From contig CAJFCJ010000009.1 in assembly GCA_904063045.1 (NCBI GenBank), positions 414,942-478,941 of the forward strand: DNA of 64,000 nt, given 5' to 3'. Below, one piece after another: positions 37,518 through 58,391 of this stretch. Positions within the stretch are counted from its first letter, which is position 1, and every line of letters starts with the position of its first letter. The translations under genes and the position numbers were made by a program. The DNA comes from Dimorphilus gyrociliatus. Its lineage: Eukaryota; Animalia; Annelida. Below the pieces are notes generated by a model, which saw only the letters and a program-made list of their open reading frames with translations, did not search any database and had not been told where the DNA came from.

Positions 37518-40500
37518 TTACTGTTTGGGGAGAAAATAATCAATATTAGCGTAAGAGTCGTAAACAAATATAAGGATATGCTTAGATAAGCTAATGCATT
37601 TTGTGTACGAACATTTGGGGCTCCTCCCATATTTGATCCTGGTCTGGATGGGGGACGTTGACGTAGACTAGCTGAAGAACCCATACCGTCAGAGTCCCAC
37701 TTTTCAAGTTCATCCCTGACTAGCTTCTCCATTTGCTCTCGTTTATCATCATCTCCGCCAGACTATTTAAAAACATTATTATGTTAGTTAGTGATTACCC
37801 GATTAATTAGCTAATATATATATACTGTATATATATATAAGTATATGTCTATATTTACCTCACTAATACTATCTAGCAGCTTACTCATCGTCTCTCTTCT
37901 TTTTGTCTTTGCTCTCTCCATTGCTTCAAGTTTTAGTAGAACGGCATCGATTTTCGATACTATCGATCCTATAGAATGCTCCATCCTATCAACTCTTCTC
38001 GCAAGTATGACAAACTCTTCATAAGATACACCTGAAGTGGATCTTGCACCGTGATCCTCCTCGTCGCTGTCAGAACCAAGACCACTCTTAGGTCTATCGC
38101 CTGCTTCAACATCCATTAAGTCCTTGCTTAATTTCTGTTTCTGTCCTTCGAGATCAGCTTGCATTCTCTTTTGCTCATTTTCGTCAAGAATTCTATCTCC
38201 GTCCAGATCGTATTTAGCGAAAACTGCTTCGATTTCAGCTTCGGCATAACCTCTTGTCTTTAGATCTTGTCTCCATTCCTCGAAATCTAGCTGTTTATCG
38301 TGATTAATATCAGCTGATTTCAATGCTTTTTGGATATCGATAATCTTATCTCTCTTTATGTTCAATTTATCCAACATCTTGTCGTAACTCTTCTTAAAGT
38401 AATCGCCAACTTCAAATTCGTTCTGCTGACTTGAAACATCTGCTTTGACCTCCGAGTAAGTGTCGTTGATGATGGCCAAAAACATGTTAAGGAGGACAAA
38501 GAATACGAAGAATACGTAGAGAATAAAGTACATGGGACCCAAAACTCTATTTGCAGCTTCTAATTCGTGGAAGTTAAAATCACCCAAGATGATACGGAAA
38601 AGGGTAAAGATTGCACTAGGGAATGACGAAAAGTCTTTAACCTGGGTACCGAAGATTAAATATCCCAATTGTGCAAAAGCCAAGAACACAATAAAGAACA
38701 TAACAGCAAAACCAGCTAAATCTTTAGCACATCTAGCCAGAGTGGAACTAAGTTGGGTCATTGTTTTGTTGAAAGAGATGTACTTGAAAATTTTAATCCA
38801 TGCAAGGAAAACCAGTATAGCGATTGCGCTGTTAAATTGAACTTGCCAATAGCTGAGAAATTCAAAATCAGGATATTCCTCAGGCTGTTTCAAGAGATCA
38901 GTTAGCATTTTATCGACTTTAATCGTTCTATAAACGTTGAATATCACGCAGACAAAGGAAATTACTATTACGAGAATGTCCAAAATGTTCCAGAAACTCT
39001 TAAAGTAGCTGAATTTTAGTCTTTTGATCTCAAGAACTTCCTCTACAATATAATAGCAGATGAATAAGCAGAAAATAGCCTCGCAAGCCAAAACGAAATA
39101 ATCTCCAGCAGTTACATAACGAATAAGCTTTACGGTTCTAAAATTCCAAGATGGTATAGCTCCTCCCGTTGCTGGGAATTCAATTAGCAAACGAACCACA
39201 CAGAATAAATTAATATTGGCATTGTAGACAGTGAAATCAACGAAAATGGCTCTCGTTCCCCTATCCAACCAGAGATTTTGCTTTAAATCGGCAATAATTA
39301 TCTTGGATTTTTCCATAGTTGTTGCCAAATTTTGAACATAACCTCCACCACCGTAAGTACTTATCAATCCCCAGTGAGAACTTCCTTTCAATTGCGATTC
39401 CGAGCTGTACGTCCATCTGATAAAGGAAAGAAAAGATAGAAAATGTTGAAATTCATCTAAATTAAACTTACGCGGATCCATTCATCTTTCCAAAAGGATT
39501 TTTATCTTCAATACTCTTAGCATAAACATCATAACACTGTTTAATATCATTTTGAAAATCGCTGTGAACCGTGCAAGAGTCGTTCCGAACTTTCAATTGT
39601 CTTAGTCGGGGAACTCCTAAAACTTTGTTCTCGTAGAAGATATAACCAAGTTCATTCTGGCTAACATTTCTTCCATTGTACCATTTTTCCCAGTACAAAC
39701 CGTCCATAAGAGGAGTTTCAGAGAACTGTATAATAAAATAAAAAAAAGCGTCTAAAAAGAGTCAACTATAGGAAAAATATATGTTTGTACCCTCCAAAAA
39801 TCGGCCATACTAGTCATTCCACGGAAAGTATTCTTAGTATCAGGAAATTGGGAGTCCAAGAACAATTCACTCATAACTTTCGTGTAATAATATAAAGTTG
39901 GACTGGTCATAGCGAAGGTCACTGAAAATGGAAATATAGAAATAAATCAATCGATAATATCTGAAATAAGAAATAAACAAAAGCGTTGGGAGAAGATAAT
40001 CAAAAATTCAGAATATAACTCTTTTCTAATAAATAATTCAATGTTTTATTATTTTTTATTAAAAAAAAAAAAAGATTCAGCCTATCCTAATGTGGAATAT
40101 AAATAAAAAAGACTTGAATAATTTGCACGGAATATATTGTTTCATTAGAATTCCTTTAAGGTTAAAAAAGAAATCTATATATTGATTTTTGAAGTTAGAA
40201 ATAATTGAATAGATAAGATTTTTGTGTAGGTTTTCAATTGAGAAAGTCGTTTGAATAATTAAGTTCTAATCTAACAATAGGATATTTTTAATATTAATTG
40301 AATAAGTTAATTTTATGGCTTTTGTCTTATTAAGTCTTAAAAGCTATTACTTTTAAAATATACTATTTTTCTTACCAATACACAAGATGATAAGGAAAAT
40401 TACGTAGACCAGTAATTCTCTTAAAGTTGTCTTAATGTGCATTTCCTTATCGGAAGTTGTGTCTTCCGTTTGTCTAGTTGCCCACAGAGCTAAAAAGTTG

Positions 40501-40807
40501 AAAGGAAAAACAGCAGTTTTTTAATTGAAATTTCTTGGAAAAGCAAACTTTTTCCCATCTTACCTCTAACGATTCTTGAAAATCTTTGTGCACAACCTGT
40601 GTTTGGATCTTCAACTTGGAGCTCAACTTCTTCTCTCGGGTCCTTCGAATTAGGATCATACAACTCGCTTTGCATGGGTGCTGGTGCATCGTCATTTCCA
40701 AAGCTAGGATTGTCTTTACCAGAATCAGTAGACCAGGCTTGGCGACTCTGAGCCGAAGCTGGACGGTTAAGTTTTGCTTGAGATCTCGAGCTAGACGGAC
40801 GCGACAT
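37518..40807 (-). CDS. PKD2: Polycystin-2 cation channel, multi-exon (last exon boundary uncertain)
   Basis: [78 protein letters not shown]-hands and [20 protein letters not shown]. The [10 protein letters not shown] tail matches PKD2 rather than PKD2L1. Confidence 0.94.
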
Positions 40808-41990
40808 GCTTGAATGCTAGTTGGCGTTCGAATGGCGTTCAACTTAAAAACACCGCATTAATTAAGTTTGCGTCACAATCTCCACGGGTGAAGCTTGAAT
40901 AAAACATGCTTTTGCTCTTCGTTATTGATTATCAGGGTTACGGTTCAATCGCCAAATTAAATATTACTGAGCATTGCAGTCTTAAATGCGTAGTTTATAA
41001 ACTTTTGTACGAGATATATGGATGATTTAATAAAAAACTGATAGGATCCTCGAAATATAAAGATTATTAGGATAGGAATACAAAAATTCTAGATTAGATT
41101 CTAGTGCATGAGAATGAAAAGATAGATGGAATAAAGGAAAAATAAGAATATATCTTTTATGCAATCTAATAAATTTTCCAGTTTATTCAATAAATGAATG
41201 AATTAAGTGACCCTTAACATTTCAAATGTAATAGGTTCTTTCCAATGGTTTTAAAGTATTCATAAATGTTAAATATAAATTGATCATAATCTCTTCTTCT
41301 TCTTCTTTTTCTTCTACTTCTCCTTTTTTTGGTGAATGAAGAAAGAGAAAATAAAACATAGAGTTGTTAGTATTATTTAGAAAAGTGAAAAATAATTCTA
41401 TCTTTTTAAAATATAGCTCGTCATGTAAACGAGGTAAGCGGGAGTGAGAGGATCGCGAAAAGTGGTGCGGAAGTTCTCTCTACCATTATACTATGTTGGC
41501 TTAAATGTGGGACAATAGGAAGCAAAAAACTGTTATTTCGGCACGTTCCTACCTTTATTTTGTACAAGAGCAATGAGCCTTCAGAATTTCTATTTAGGGA
41601 TCATCAGGAAATTGTCTAGAAAGCTAATAATTTATTCCCCACTTTTAACCGCAAATTACTTATACAGTATATAAATTTTTGTTGTGCAGTTTTAGACTAC
41701 GCTGAAAGGATTTTCATAATTTGTCACCTTAAGCTTGAGACTTTGTCTTACTAAGAGGAAGACTGATTAGAAAAGTACTCTTTAATCCAACAAACTAATA
41801 TTTACTTAGTCATCTAAGATATAATTACGAAAAACATACAGTAGCGACATCTATATGAGTGCAATAACTGTATACACCAGATGTCATAGGAAATTTAAGG
41901 CGTCTGCTCTCTTCGTCTTACATGCGACGGATGTAGCACAGAGCTGGAGTTGGAGGAAAAAAGACCACATTTTTTACATTTAGTGCCATA

Positions 41991-42993
41991 ATGCACACTA
42001 CTTTCTTCATGTCGAAGACTCTGGGTGGTATAGTGTCGAAGATTTCTGGTCATTTGCGAAATGGGCGGAGTAAGCTTCCATTTACCCACAAGAGAAACGC
42101 CAGTGACGTGAATTTGGAGATAAGCGTTTATATCGGTCGGAAGAGACTAATCGCCTGCATCTGCTTATTTTTACTAGCCATAACAATATGCCTTTTCACC
42201 GGCCGTCATTACTTTAAGTTGCTACTAATTAACATCGAAAAGGGTGATATAGTTATAACCTTTTTGGTTTTTTTGGTACTTTTCGCATTGGTATCATTAC
42301 CGATAGCTTGGGGATATGTTCTTCTCAACGTCGCTTCCGGTTATCTCTATGGTTTATTATTCGGAGCATTGTTTGTTAGTGTCTGCGCCTTATTTGGAAT
42401 AGTTTTCGCGCATTTTGCCTTGAAAACCTTTTGTACAAATCTTTTTATAGAGCGTATACTAAAGAACAATACTATTCAATCATTTATTAAGCTTGTTGAA
42501 AATAATCCGAGAAAGATTGTTGTCATTTCAAGACTAACGCCAATACCATTCGGTTTGCAAAACGCATTATTTGCAGTAAGTTATTTATTATTAGCTCTAT
42601 TTCTTTAATAACTAAATTGGTTTACAGCTGTCGAATATATCCAGTGGCAGGTATTTAATAGCTTCAGTCATTGGACTGCTACCTACCCAAATACTCAATG
42701 CTTACATTGGTTCAACATTACGATCTATGGAGGATGTTATCCTTCACAATGTGAACAGTACAACTTCATTTTTAGGATATCTAGCATTCGCCGTTCAAGT
42801 GAGTTATTAAACATAAAATCATCGTCATATAGATAACCAGATTTATATTCCTTTATCTCACCTTACAATATAGATGATGACAACTATTCTGCTTTTAGTA
42901 TACGTAGCTAAGAAAGCTAAACATGAATTTAATAAAACAATGCAAAAGGAAAGTATTTTGGCAAATCCAAAATTGAGATTAATAACTGCTTAA
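41991..42993 (+). CDS. TMEM64: Transmembrane protein 64 (VTT/DedA family), 3 exons; start Met uncertain
   Basis: VSLPIAWGYVLLNVASGYLYG, RLTPIPFGLQNALFA and GLLPTQILNAYIGSTLRSMEDV. Stop at 42991-42993. Confidence 0.9.
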
Positions 42994-43395
42994 AATATCT
43001 TTTGTAATAAAATGGATAATTTCTTTTTTTGTTTAATTTTACTTTATTATGTTTCTTTTTATATAAGTTTTAACAAACGATCTGAAAAATACAAGAAAAA
43101 GAATAAAAAATTCAATTATTAAATATCTTCTAGAATTTTTTTCTGTATTGAATTCAAACAGAATATTTATAAACATTTTTTATTTCATTAGAAATCATTA
43201 ATTATATTTAAATTTTCAGTTATATTTTGTACAGTTTATATTTTTTTATCAACTTTTTTCTTTCTGTTTTATTATCACCAAAAATTTCAAGAATGATGTT
43301 CTCAGTAAAGCTTTTTTGAAATGGAATGTAAAAGTAAGCCGTCTGGAATTTCTTTTTTTTTTTTCTATTTCGTTATATACCCAGAAAAGAGAGTG

Positions 43396-43418
43396 AAAGA
43401 GAGAGAGAGAGAGAAGAG
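43396..43418. repeat. (GA)n microsatellite
   Basis: Direct reading. Confidence 0.8.
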
Positions 43419-43546
43419 AGAAGCTAGGGAAATGAGAGGAGGGTGGGAGTGGAGTCTCTAAACACTTCTTTTTTAAAAATTGACTAGAAAGACAGATTGA
43501 AATATTATTCATATTATAATCTTCTTGTTAAAATTAAATCACTTGT

Positions 43547-45956
43547 TCAATTATTAAATGCTTCTTCTTCGCTATCGTAGAATTGCTTTCTAGTCAAAGC
43601 CTGTTGTTCAGATTCAGCCCTAAAATAATATTAATTGTTTAAATAGACAGAAGAATGAAGAATTATGCAAATTTATTCAAATTACCCATAAATTACTTCT
43701 TCATCTGAGTCATTTAACATAGTTAAACTTGGGTCGTCTTTAAAATGTGATTCTGTCAGGCAAAATTCTCGTTAATTTTTATTAATTGAGATTTAATCAT
43801 GATCGTAAAAAATGAGCTGCGCTAAATTGACGCAATTTACCAACCTAAGACAGCATTTTTTGCTGGGGAGTAGACAAAAGCCATAGTATATAGATAAAAG
43901 TTCAAAAGACCGTAAAATGCTAAAAATTCGGCACTGTTCTCGTAATGTGTTGATAGCTCAGCCACAAAATTCTCTTCCAAAACGGAAGATCCATAACGTA
44001 AGGATGTAATTGTTATTGTAACAACAACGACAATCAGCATCAACACTGTGAGGAACTTGAGACGAACATCAAAGTATGGCATATTTCGTAATTCAGCATA
44101 GGCCCTAACAACTAAATATAGGAGATAAACCAAATAAAGGCTACCCACAATGAAGAAGAATATCTTAAATCCAAAAAAATTCCCAGTATCCGATTTATAA
44201 TTGTATGTCGGATCCGAAATTTCTTTATAATGCTGCCAACATGTTATCATTATAGCAACTATCCACAAAAGGCCTACTATGAGTAGCTTAGGGGCGTAGA
44301 AGATTAAGAATCTACGTTTCGTCTGTCTTACACCGTGATACAGACATAACCAAAATAATAGTAGGACGGATAAGAACGTTACTTGAAATATTCCATCCAA
44401 AATACTTGGCAATGCCGAATTAACAAGGAACAGAAGTGGAAAAAATGGATTATTATATAATAATAATAATGGTAAAAGAAGAGACATCCAGCGTTGTTCA
44501 ATGGACCAATCTCTCATTGAGAAACGTCGTAAAGAATGAGCAAATAGGCACTATATTAACAGGTTAACAATAGTTTTTAGTATTCTTTATACATGTTTGT
44601 TTTTAGTTTAATCTTACCGTTACGATAAATGTAAGTACAAGAAAAACAAATCTAAACCATATTTGAAATTGGGTAAAAGATGAATTATAAGTTTTATACT
44701 ATATCGGAAGAAAAAGAAGAGAAATATTAATCATTTTTAATAAGAAAGAGAATATATTAAAACTTACTTTGAATTGAACGTCTTTAAAATGAACATTCTG
44801 ATCCAACGCATAAATATTCACTCCTATCTTATACTCTGAATAAGCAAGATATTCAAGATGCAGAATAATAATTTCATCACATCCCTGCAATTATTTTTCA
44901 TTAAGAATATTTTATTCTATTAAATTATTAACTGTTTACAAACATCTTGGGAACATTTAAGGCTCCTTGATCTATTGTGAGCAGTATTTTTATAGACTGG
45001 TGTCATTCTTGACTGATCATTTCGATCATAGATTCCTAAAACTTTAACCTCTATTTTTAGTGGAATTTCTAGTTTGGTTTCTATATTAGATTAATAAATG
45101 AATGTTTAATTAATTGCAATTAATATATATATATATATATTCGTTTAATACAAACTTCCACTCCTCTGTAAGGAAATTTTAGAAAGAAACCATAGTTGTT
45201 GATTAAAGGTAGACACAAAAGGAGAGCTAAAAGTATATGGGCCAGATTGCTATTTATAGAGAAATAATGTATTATATATAAAAATTCTCTCTTAGTTTTT
45301 AGTAAATAGCAAAAGAATACAAACTGATAATCTAGGGGATGTTAAATTCACTCGATCAGACTTTAAAATCGGTGGCCCTTTTATAGGAGAAAAGTAATTT
45401 AATTGATAAAGAAGGTCTGCAAAATAAATCGTAGTTGAGAAAGAACACTTACCTGCTAAACCGATAAAAACAGTTAATAGAAAGGAAAAGGCAAATCCGA
45501 CGAAAACCAGAAAGAAATGCCGTTTGTTTAGTGTATATAAACGCATCTGAACCGACCTGTTTACAAAAACATATATTGATATCCGGAAATGGAATAAATA
45601 AATTATTGTTTTAGCTGGACATAAACTATCACGTACGGTTCTATTTCCGTGATTGTCATATTTCTGACTACTTAGCTAAATCAACTATGAAGAATAGAGA
45701 CAAAACTATACTAAAATGTTGTAGAAAAATCTATAAAGGAAGTACAGATGTCATTCCGCCACGAGTTTTCGGCGCCAATTATAAAAATTGATCGAAAGAT
45801 AATCTGAACACATTTTTACCTTTCACATCTGTCATGATGATATGTTGGTGCTATGTGTAGCGAAAATTCTGAAAACAATTCACAAACGCTGGCAAAACAA
45901 GATCTTATTTGGAACGTCCAACGAGGCGTCTCGAAAGAATAACCTAATGATTCCAT
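43547..45956 (-). CDS. TMEM181: Transmembrane protein 181 (Wntless-like), multi-exon
   Basis: Exon 1 MESLGYSFETPRW...IAPTYHHDRCER joins SVQMRLYTLNKRHF. Also MRDWSIEQRWMS.LL.LLLLYNNPFFP, SAEFLAFYGLLNFYLYTMAFVYSP and ESHFKDDPSLTMLNDSDEEVIYG. Stop at 43547-43549. Confidence 0.92.
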
Positions 45957-46666
45957 TAATTCACTGATTTATCTCTTTTGTTCTTAATATTTTTTGTCAA
46001 TTTTTATCAATCTTCTCTCTACTTCCGCTTTTGACGGCGCATGACCGAGGCGTCGAAAAAGACGACGATAACAGCAGCTGCTAAATCAAGGGCGATACTA
46101 GTCGGTGTAAGACAAGTGACTTTTAACATAAAGATCATTAAGTATTTAAAAGGAAATCAATAATCGCAATATTTGATCAATTGCTAACATGTTTCACAAA
46201 CTTAATAGCTGTAGTCTGTATCTTCTTGCTAAGATAAGAAAAACTCCAATTTATAACGTATCATTATTTATTATAAAATTTGATAAACAAGTGGATTTTT
46301 AGCAAATTATCAAAAACTAAAGTTTTATCTGATGTTATTAGTGTTTTTCCATATCTCCATAGCACAATATAATATATCTAATGCTCTTTTGTAGTTTTGA
46401 CTGATGGAATTATCGATATTTATAAAAAGCGAATTCACTTCGAATAATTAAAAATTCATTTATTTCATCGAAAAAGATGTTAATTTAAATTTTTTCAAAA
46501 CATAGTCAAAGGAAGAATATTCTACAAAGCATAACATTAAAGTCTATGTTTTATCGTAGTTTGGATTTAATTGTTACCAGACAGTTTTTAGTAAGATCTA
46601 CGTGAAAACTGGTAAAAATGTTTAATAAGTTGTGTATTGAGCGATAACAGATTTAAAAATACAACT

Positions 46667-47468
46667 ATGGGAGAAAACATTGAATTTTTGGACATGATAG
46701 CTATGGCAGAGGATAAGTAATAAAAAGTCTTCTCTATCATTCTTAAAGAATAATCTGTGTTAAAATTAGGTTTCAAAAAGAAGGTTTTAGTGAAGGATTT
46801 TCAACAGGAGAACATCGAGGCTTTGGAGATGCTTTTCTTTTAGGCGTTAAACAAGCTAGTTCTTGCGCTGCAGAGGTTAGCATATAAAACATATTTTTCA
46901 AAATACTTTATCCATCAAAGCAGGCAACTTTTATTTTTGCTATAACTTTATATAACACTTTTTACTATGAAGGGCTTTGAAGCTTTCAGTTATCGCATAT
47001 ATTCCATCTGTTGAAAGTAATCTTAGAGATCTTTTAACAATTCGCATATTCTTCACTAAACAATATTTGTATAATAGATTGGATTTTATCGAGGATTTTG
47101 CCTTGAATGCCGCAAGCGATTATCAAATCATAATATGTCGGATACGTAAGCCTCGGGGTTAAAATCTTTTGAATTATTTACAAATTTTTGTTATCTTCCT
47201 AGAAAATTAAAAATATGCCAAGATATTCTTGATACATTGGAACCAATCGATTTATCTAATTGCGATTTTGATAATATGTTAGAGAGTTTACAAACTTGCC
47301 AAGCAAAATTCAAGCGAGTACGTTTTTTGAACACGATTTTCATAGTTCATTGAACTATATTCTGATGTACGAAATAACTTATTTCTATGAAAATTTCAGC
47401 TTTGCGCATTAATGAAGATCTCAACACAAAGCAGTCGAAATAGTATGAATGCTGATATGTCTTTCTAA
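46667..47468 (+). CDS. LTO1: LTO1/ORAOV1 (ABCE1 maturation factor), 5 exons; absent from the ORF track
   Basis: Spliced translation MGENIEFLDMIAMAEDK-FQKEGFSEGFSTGEHRGF...AAE-IGFYRGF...-...AKFKR-LCALMKI...DMSF* matches LTO1 (DAIVMADERF..EGYREGY..IGCYQGF..GKFKQFCSLL..GLSF). Confidence 0.88.
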
Positions 47469-47720
47469 ATTGAAAATTTGAAAAATTTTATAGAAGTGCG
47501 ACTAGACGGTTATGTATATATTTTTAGTGATATACAAATTGTTAAGAAACTGACATATATCGTGCCCTGAAAGCGCATTTTCAAGTACTCTGTTATTTGT
47601 AAACACTACAGAAATATAGTCATTTTTTTAATGCTTCTCGCAATATGAATTGTAGCTAATTTTCGTTTGAGAGATCATTTCTCATTCGGATGAAATTGAA
47701 CATTTCTAAATGTAGATATC

Positions 47721-55663
<7,943 letters not shown>

Positions 55664-55991
55664 TCGTGACCAGATCGTATTCAAGTGGCCACTTTAACTG
55701 GTTAACTCTTCTTTAAGGCTGCATTACACTTGGGAGTCGGGTCTTTAGTTGCTCATCACTCTACAGTCATGCGAGGACTGCAGCACCGGAAATGTTCACC
55801 CTTCGTAAATACAGACAAAAATGTAAAAGACGCTGCATTATTTTTTCTTTATTAAAATTAAGTTTTTACAATACTTTTAATTTTTTCTGTTGCCATTTTG
55901 CAATATTTTATGATCAAAATTACGATTATTTGTACCTAGATATTCAACTCCAGTCCGAACTTACTGTTTCCGGCTATAATAACCTTGAGAA

Positions 55992-57116
55992 ATGGCTCTA
56001 CGAATTCTTGTTGGTTGCAAACGGGTTATTGATTATGCCGTTAAGGTAATTCTAAAATTGTTTAAAATTGTTACCTCTAAAATAAATAAGTAAATAACTC
56101 TCTTTATGAGATTTACGAGGAAAATAGTATCGGTTTGTGGCTAATTCTTGTAATATCGCTCTTTAGGTTAGGGTAAAGCCGGATAAGAGCGGTGTTGTTA
56201 CCGAAGGTGTTAAGCATTCTATGAACCCTTTCGATGAAATCGGAATTGAAGAAGCTGTACGCATGAAAGAAAAAAAGTTGGCATCAGAAATTATTGTTGT
56301 CTCATGTGGACCACAACAATGTCAAGTAAAGTACCCCCTTTTTCCAGAATTATTATATTATTATATATCTGTGTAAACAATAGGAAACGATCCGAACCGC
56401 CCTTGCCATGGGAGCTGACAAAGGAATCCATATTGATATCCCGGCTGCTGATTTGAGCAAAGTTGAACCTTATCACATTTCGAAAATATTTGCCAAGCTT
56501 GCAACTGAAAATAAAGCTGATGTAGTTATTGTTGGTAAACAAGCTATCGACGGTGACAACAACCAAACTGGACAAATGATTGCCGCTAACTTGGATTGGC
56601 CACAGGCAACTTTCGCTAGCAAAGTAAATATAAAATTTAATATCTAATGCCTAAATCAAGTATGACTTTTTTTCAAAGATTGAAAAAGACGGCGATGGCC
56701 TTAAAGTAACTAGAGAAATTGACGGAGGCTTAGAAACAATTAATTTAAAACTGCCAACCGTTATAACAACTGACTTGAGGTTGAACGAACCCAGATATGC
56801 TACACTTCCTAATATTATGGTAAACTTTGAATTATATTAAGTACTTTCGGCACTTTGATTTTAACTTTCTGTTTCTGTTGATAGAAAGCCAAGAAGAAAC
56901 CTATTGAAAAGAAAACAGCAGCAGACTTAGGAGTGGACCTTACACCAAAGCAACAAGTGATTAGCGTAGAGGATCCGCCGGTTAGGGAAGCTGGTCAAAA
57001 GGTACGATAAAGAAATATTAATACTAAGAATCTTATACATTAATTTTCGCTTATATTTTCAGGTGGAAGACGTTTCACAATTAATCGAAAAATTAAAAGG
57101 AGCTGGAGTTGTATAG
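55992..57116 (+). CDS. ETFB: Electron transfer flavoprotein beta subunit, multi-exon
   Basis: [24 protein letters not shown]...[25 protein letters not shown] and [16 protein letters not shown]. Stop at 57114-57116. Confidence 0.96.
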
Positions 57117-57444
57117 ACAGTTGATTTAGTATGAAATTATGATCAATAAATGAAAAATTCTACATTTTAAACTTAGTAGCAAAGTTCAATGACAGTCTCA
57201 TATCGCGCATTAATATCGAAATGTATTCCTTAATTCAAAATTATAATGCTATTTCTCTTGAATACAATGTCCGAATTTTGTTCGAGTAAATAATCTTTTA
57301 TTAATTGATAAAATGATTATATTGTTGGATATTTAACTTATTTTTATCGGTTATTATATAAATGTTTCTATGAACTTGGACAAAAAAGTATGTTTTTGGG
57401 AATAATAATGTATTGAAATATGTTCATTCAAATTTTTTAAAAAA

Positions 57445-58075
57445 TTACAATTTTGCTTTAGCTTGAGCTTGGAATTCCTTCATTTTCATTGCTAGTCCCA
57501 TATTTCCAGTGATTTTTAACTTTCCTTGGAAGAAAGCTTGTTGAGGGTTTAATTGTCCAAGCATCATCTTTATCATGTCCTCATCTCCCATAGCGATAGT
57601 TACATCTCCTTTGCCTATAAATATAAACATTACTCAAATTAAAAATTGATAAAAGAAGTTCCAATTACTATGGAAATGAACAAGGAACTTTTATATGGTT
57701 GCCTTTCGGTAGAGGGCGTTTGACAATCTTTATCAAAGATTAAAGTTTATAATGATAAAACTTACCTTCGTTAACAAATTTGACAGAACCATTTCCATTC
57801 TTGGCATCAACAATCCATACACCCTGTTCGCCTTTAGCATTTTTGACTTTAAAGCAAAAGATACCTTTGATTTTTTTAACATAGTCGGCTCCATTCTATA
57901 AAAAAAGGCCAAAAACTAGTAACATGTATTGAAGAGATATATTAAGAGAACTAACTTTGCCCATTTCTTCTCCAATTTTTTCAAAGATGGCATTTGATTT
58001 GAAATCACCAGCTGATGCGGTCATTACAGATTCTACGAATCTTGGGGTATTTTTTGCGAGAATGTTGCTTGCCAT
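57445..58075 (-). CDS. SCP2: Stand-alone sterol carrier protein 2 domain protein with a C-terminal PTS1 (AKL), 3 exons
   Basis: [22 protein letters not shown]...[12 protein letters not shown] and [23 protein letters not shown]...AKL*. Confidence 0.88.
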
Positions 58076-58258
58076 CGTTATTGGAATCTATGAAGTTTGA
58101 TGCTCCACTATGTGTAACCTTTTAACAACGGTCTTATATAAAATTTTCTTATCAGTTAATTTTATCTTTTAAAAAGCCTAACTCAGAAAAAAACGTAAAC
58201 GAATACCTACCGAAATATTTAAGAGAGCAAATAGAATTCTTCAGATTGATATTGCGGC

Positions 58259-58270
58259 AGGTCAAGGTCA
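58259..58270 (+). promoter_or_regulatory. Perfect AGGTCA-AGGTCA (DR0, containing TCAAGGTCA) nuclear receptor element in the SCP2/SLC35B2 divergent promoter
   Basis: Sequence aggtcaaggtca; motif match only. Confidence 0.4.
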
Positions 58271-58391
58271 CTAACTAGAGCACTGTGTAAATATCGAAAA
58301 GTATTCGATTTTTGGACACTTTAATTATGTTTCCAAATGAGGGCGTGACAAAAATGTAAAAATATAGGCAAAGAACGCTACTAAAGCAAAT

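Noticed and set aside
37523-37579. Possible AT-AC intron (ATATCCTTA...AAC) at the PKD2 3' end
   Set aside because: There is no proper TCCTTAAC branch point near the 3' end, and a conventional GT-AG intron explains the region.
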